Of a DNA stretch of 64,000 nucleotides, positions 61,324 to 64,000 are shown piece by piece. Origin of the DNA: Minutocellus sp. GHC0000111. Taxonomy: Eukaryota. The notes beneath the pieces were generated by a model, which did not search any database, was not told the DNA's origin, and was given only the letters and a program-made list of their open reading frames with translations. Position 1 is the stretch's first letter. Every line of letters begins with the position of its first letter. Made by a program: the position numbers and the translations under genes. The stretch is from NCBI GenBank assembly GCA_977018835.1, contig OZ361260.1, positions 3,472,001 to 3,536,000 of the forward strand, written 5' to 3'.

Positions 61324-62832
61324 CTACCTTTCTGGCATTCGACTCATTCGGTATTCTTGCCGGTGAGCCACCTCTTCTTCTGTTTCCATGGGAAGTGGTC
61401 TCACTTTCCGATTCGATATGATCGGTACTGGAATCTCGGATGTGAGAGTTTCTATCTCAAGTTGGAATCTCAAGGGCAAAGGAGGAGCATCAGCTGCGCT
61501 GGAATAAGGGTTATCGGAACACAACCTCGGCAACAACGCCGAGTCGCTCTCTCGAAATCGTATGCAGTCAAGAGCTCTAGCGGCAGCTGCGTGTTCCGCA
61601 TCTTTCTTCTTTCTGTACCATACGACGTCGACTGCTCCACCATCACCGTCCACATCTTCTGATGATATTTCGTAAGGGGGATTCTTTCCATTGTCAACCA
61701 AACGGCCACAGGTGAAGCGTTCGACCCCATCTCTAGGGTCGGTGAAGACAGATGAATGGGCCATGTGGTGATCATCACCATTGCTAAAGCTGTGGAAGTA
61801 AGCGCCGATTGATTCAAAGTCCAAGTAGCGCTCTTGAAAGTACTGCTGAAGCTGAGCTTTGGGGGGCGGTGCATGTCGGTCTTCTGCTACATTCGAAACC
61901 CCATCTTCATTCTCTGTCAGCATTGGACCAGTGCTGGCACGTGAAGAAACAGGCGCGCTCCTTGGTAGAGATGGTGCATCCGCTGGATTCAAATAGGGTT
62001 GATCGATGCACATGCCATATGCTTCTTCTCCGTCGGTGCTACGAAAGGAAATACAATCAAGGGCCCTCGCTGCAGCGGAATGTCGAGCGTTTGCCTTGGA
62101 AGAGTAGCACGGAAGCAACACAGTCTTCCCATCGATCAACGGCACTTCCACCATTTCGTATGGTGCCCCCTTCCACCGACCACCGAGAAAGTGCTCGCCA
62201 TCGAAGGGGTTGGTAAAGAGTCCGACAAATTTGTATTTCATGTCCTTTTTCTTGGACTTGATATCCTCGCACTCCCACACGGTGTAGTCCGTATCCTTTG
62301 CTATTTGGAGCAGCTTGGTATCTTCATCGCTGCCGAATACTTTGATCAAGCATGAGCACGGCTGTCCTGATATCTTGGCGTTGAATGCGTACAGTCGGCT
62401 GCGATTCGGGCGAGGTGTAGAATCTGTCTCTTCGCCATCATCCACCCCCTTCATTTTGGCATCATCAACTAATATGTCTCGCGGTGTCCATTCCTTTCCT
62501 TCCGTCTCTTTTGCTTTCACAGTGGCCCACCCATCATCTCCTTCGGACTTGGTATTCCATACTCCACAATCAACATCCGACCGCTGACCCCATGGTTTTG
62601 CCGCACCTGTCGAAGCGCCATCATGACCACGAGCATGGCCGGTGTTCCAAGAACTCGATGTACGAGTTGGCGTCTTCACCTGCCCCCGTTGACCCCATCC
62701 TCCGTCACCTCTCGGCAACGAGGGTGGGACCTGCTCCTCGCTACTGTGAGGCATCGATGGAGTTTGATGGCTGCTCCTGGGGTCTTTCAGTAGCCCGAGG
62801 CAAGTATCTCGATCACGCGGTTTGGTGGGCAT
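61324..62832 (-). CDS. Protein with two tandem dsRNA-binding-domain-like repeats (start uncertain)
   Basis: SKANARHSAAARALDC and KKKDAEHAAAARALDC; PKAQLQQYF. Confidence 0.7.
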   Translation of the reverse strand: MPTKPRDRDTCLGLLKDPRSSHQTPSMPHSSEEQVPPSLPRGDGGWGQRGQVKTPTRTSSSWNTGHARGHDGASTGAAKPWGQRSDVDCGVWNTKSEGDDGWATVKAKETEGKEWTPRDILVDDAKMKGVDDGEETDSTPRPNRSRLYAFNAKISGQPCSCLIKVFGSDEDTKLLQIAKDTDYTVWECEDIKSKKKDMKYKFVGLFTNPFDGEHFLGGRWKGAPYEMVEVPLIDGKTVLLPCYSSKANARHSAAARALDCISFRSTDGEEAYGMCIDQPYLNPADAPSLPRSAPVSSRASTGPMLTENEDGVSNVAEDRHAPPPKAQLQQYFQERYLDFESIGAYFHSFSNGDDHHMAHSSVFTDPRDGVERFTCGRLVDNGKNPPYEISSEDVDGDGGAVDVVWYRKKKDAEHAAAARALDCIRFRESDSALLPRLCSDNPYSSAADAPPLPLRFQLEIETLTSEIPVPIISNRKVRPLPMETEEEVAHRQEYRMSRMPER

Positions 62833-63459
62833 GGCGCGAGGCGCGAGGTGGCAGTGAGTTGCTTTGAAGAGAATGAAGGCAGCTTGCAGCCTATGGCAGC
62901 TTACGCAGTGGCAAAAGCTCATGATCCGGCATGTGCACTCTCGGCGCCATGGCGCGGCCTCGCGGCCTCGCCTCCCCGCCCACAGCTGCTGCACAGTCAG
63001 TCCAGCAGAGCAGCAGCAGCAGCAGCCGCAGCTTTGTGAGGAGGTTGCACAGGTCAAGGCGGTCGAGACGGAAAGAGGACGTACCTAGGTAAATTAGAGG
63101 TATTGGAAAATACCTGTATTACTAGTCTAGACTAGTCCAGTGAAGTAGATCTAAGTGTGCATTTCTTCAATTGTACCGGTACATGTGATGCTATGCCGTT
63201 GTCAGACCTCGGTAGAGTCTAATGGCAAGGTTTCTCGCGAGCATCAGCGATACATAAGATAAAAATTCAATGCTATCGCTATTCATGGCTACGAAGGTAC
63301 TAATAACTGTCTCTACCTTTAGATCTAGTTCTTATCATCAATGGGCAGTGCACCTGAGAGACATTGCTCATCTCAACCACAAGGAACAAAGAGAGTGCCA
63401 CGACAAACATGAGGTAGTAGATCTAATAAATCAACGCACATCCCATAGAATATATATTT

Positions 63460-63602
63460 CTACTCATCGGCCTTGGGCGCTTCTTCGTCCGCCTCCTCGG
63501 CCTTGACAGTCTTGTCAATAGGGGCAGCGATATCCTGGGTATCGCTCCAGTAGTACTTCCACACAAAAATGGTGGCAATGGCACAGATAGCGATGGGAAT
63601 CA
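63460..63602 (-). CDS. Possible terminal exon of a membrane protein
   Basis: CAG acceptor then IPIAICAIATIFVWKYYW...EEAPKADE*; upstream exons not identified. Confidence 0.45.
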
Positions 63603-64000
63603 CTGCGAGGAATAATTTAGAAAAGATGTGCAAAAAAAGGGTCAGCGCTTCGATTTCAAATTTGATTTTTCAAATTTCAGACAAACACTGCCGAGACCAC
63701 TCTCGTCGAATTGAGGAAGAAACTGGAGGAGCATTGCTGGCTGTGACAAGGAGGCCTGGGCCAAACTGTACAAGAGAACTGGAGTGATGTGCGGCGGGCA
63801 CATCCAACTGCTCTGGCGGCCCTTCCAAAGAAGCCGAGGCGAAGGTGGTGCACAACGACCGCTCCGTCACAGCGGAAGGAAGAGCCCCAGTTCGTGGCAC
63901 AGGTCCCGGCCAAGTCGACATCGTCCTGGTCCATTCCCTCTCTGACTTCGATGAAGCCATCGAGAGGTCTCACAGGAAGGGTGGACCTGCAGCGACAATG

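Noticed and set aside
63680..64000. Coding-like sequence at the right edge
   Set aside because: Frames are interrupted and neither strand nor product could be assigned

Overview
Gene-dense eukaryotic nuclear DNA with short GT-AG introns. It is most likely a diatom (inference: signal-peptide+F plastid presequences on IspD and HST, diatom-type cyclins, RxL propeptide motifs). About 30 genes are supported, mostly housekeeping (V-ATPase D, Rab, TM9SF, IspD, NDUFS8, Yos1, ICMT, COX4-like, PMM, HST, RAD54, EngB). The standout is a ~1,800-aa secreted mosaic protein (12965-18499, minus). It carries an intact bacterial-type M23 peptidoglycan endopeptidase, VCBS/Ig-like repeats, EGF, five 6-Cys defensin-like modules and two C-terminal hydrophobic-hairpin domains, and is a candidate antibacterial effector. 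Other structure: a broken Strawberry-notch gene within a ~2.2-kb inverted duplication with a MITE-like insert in one arm only; a Mutator-like element nested in a truncated retro-insertion, both with intact target-site duplications; an RBM18 carrying a Crooked-neck motif; a small HGDxLL-repeat protein; and many disrupted ORFs. Some disruptions are probably homopolymer sequencing errors, while others look like real lesions. No rRNA, tRNA or CRISPR was recognised.
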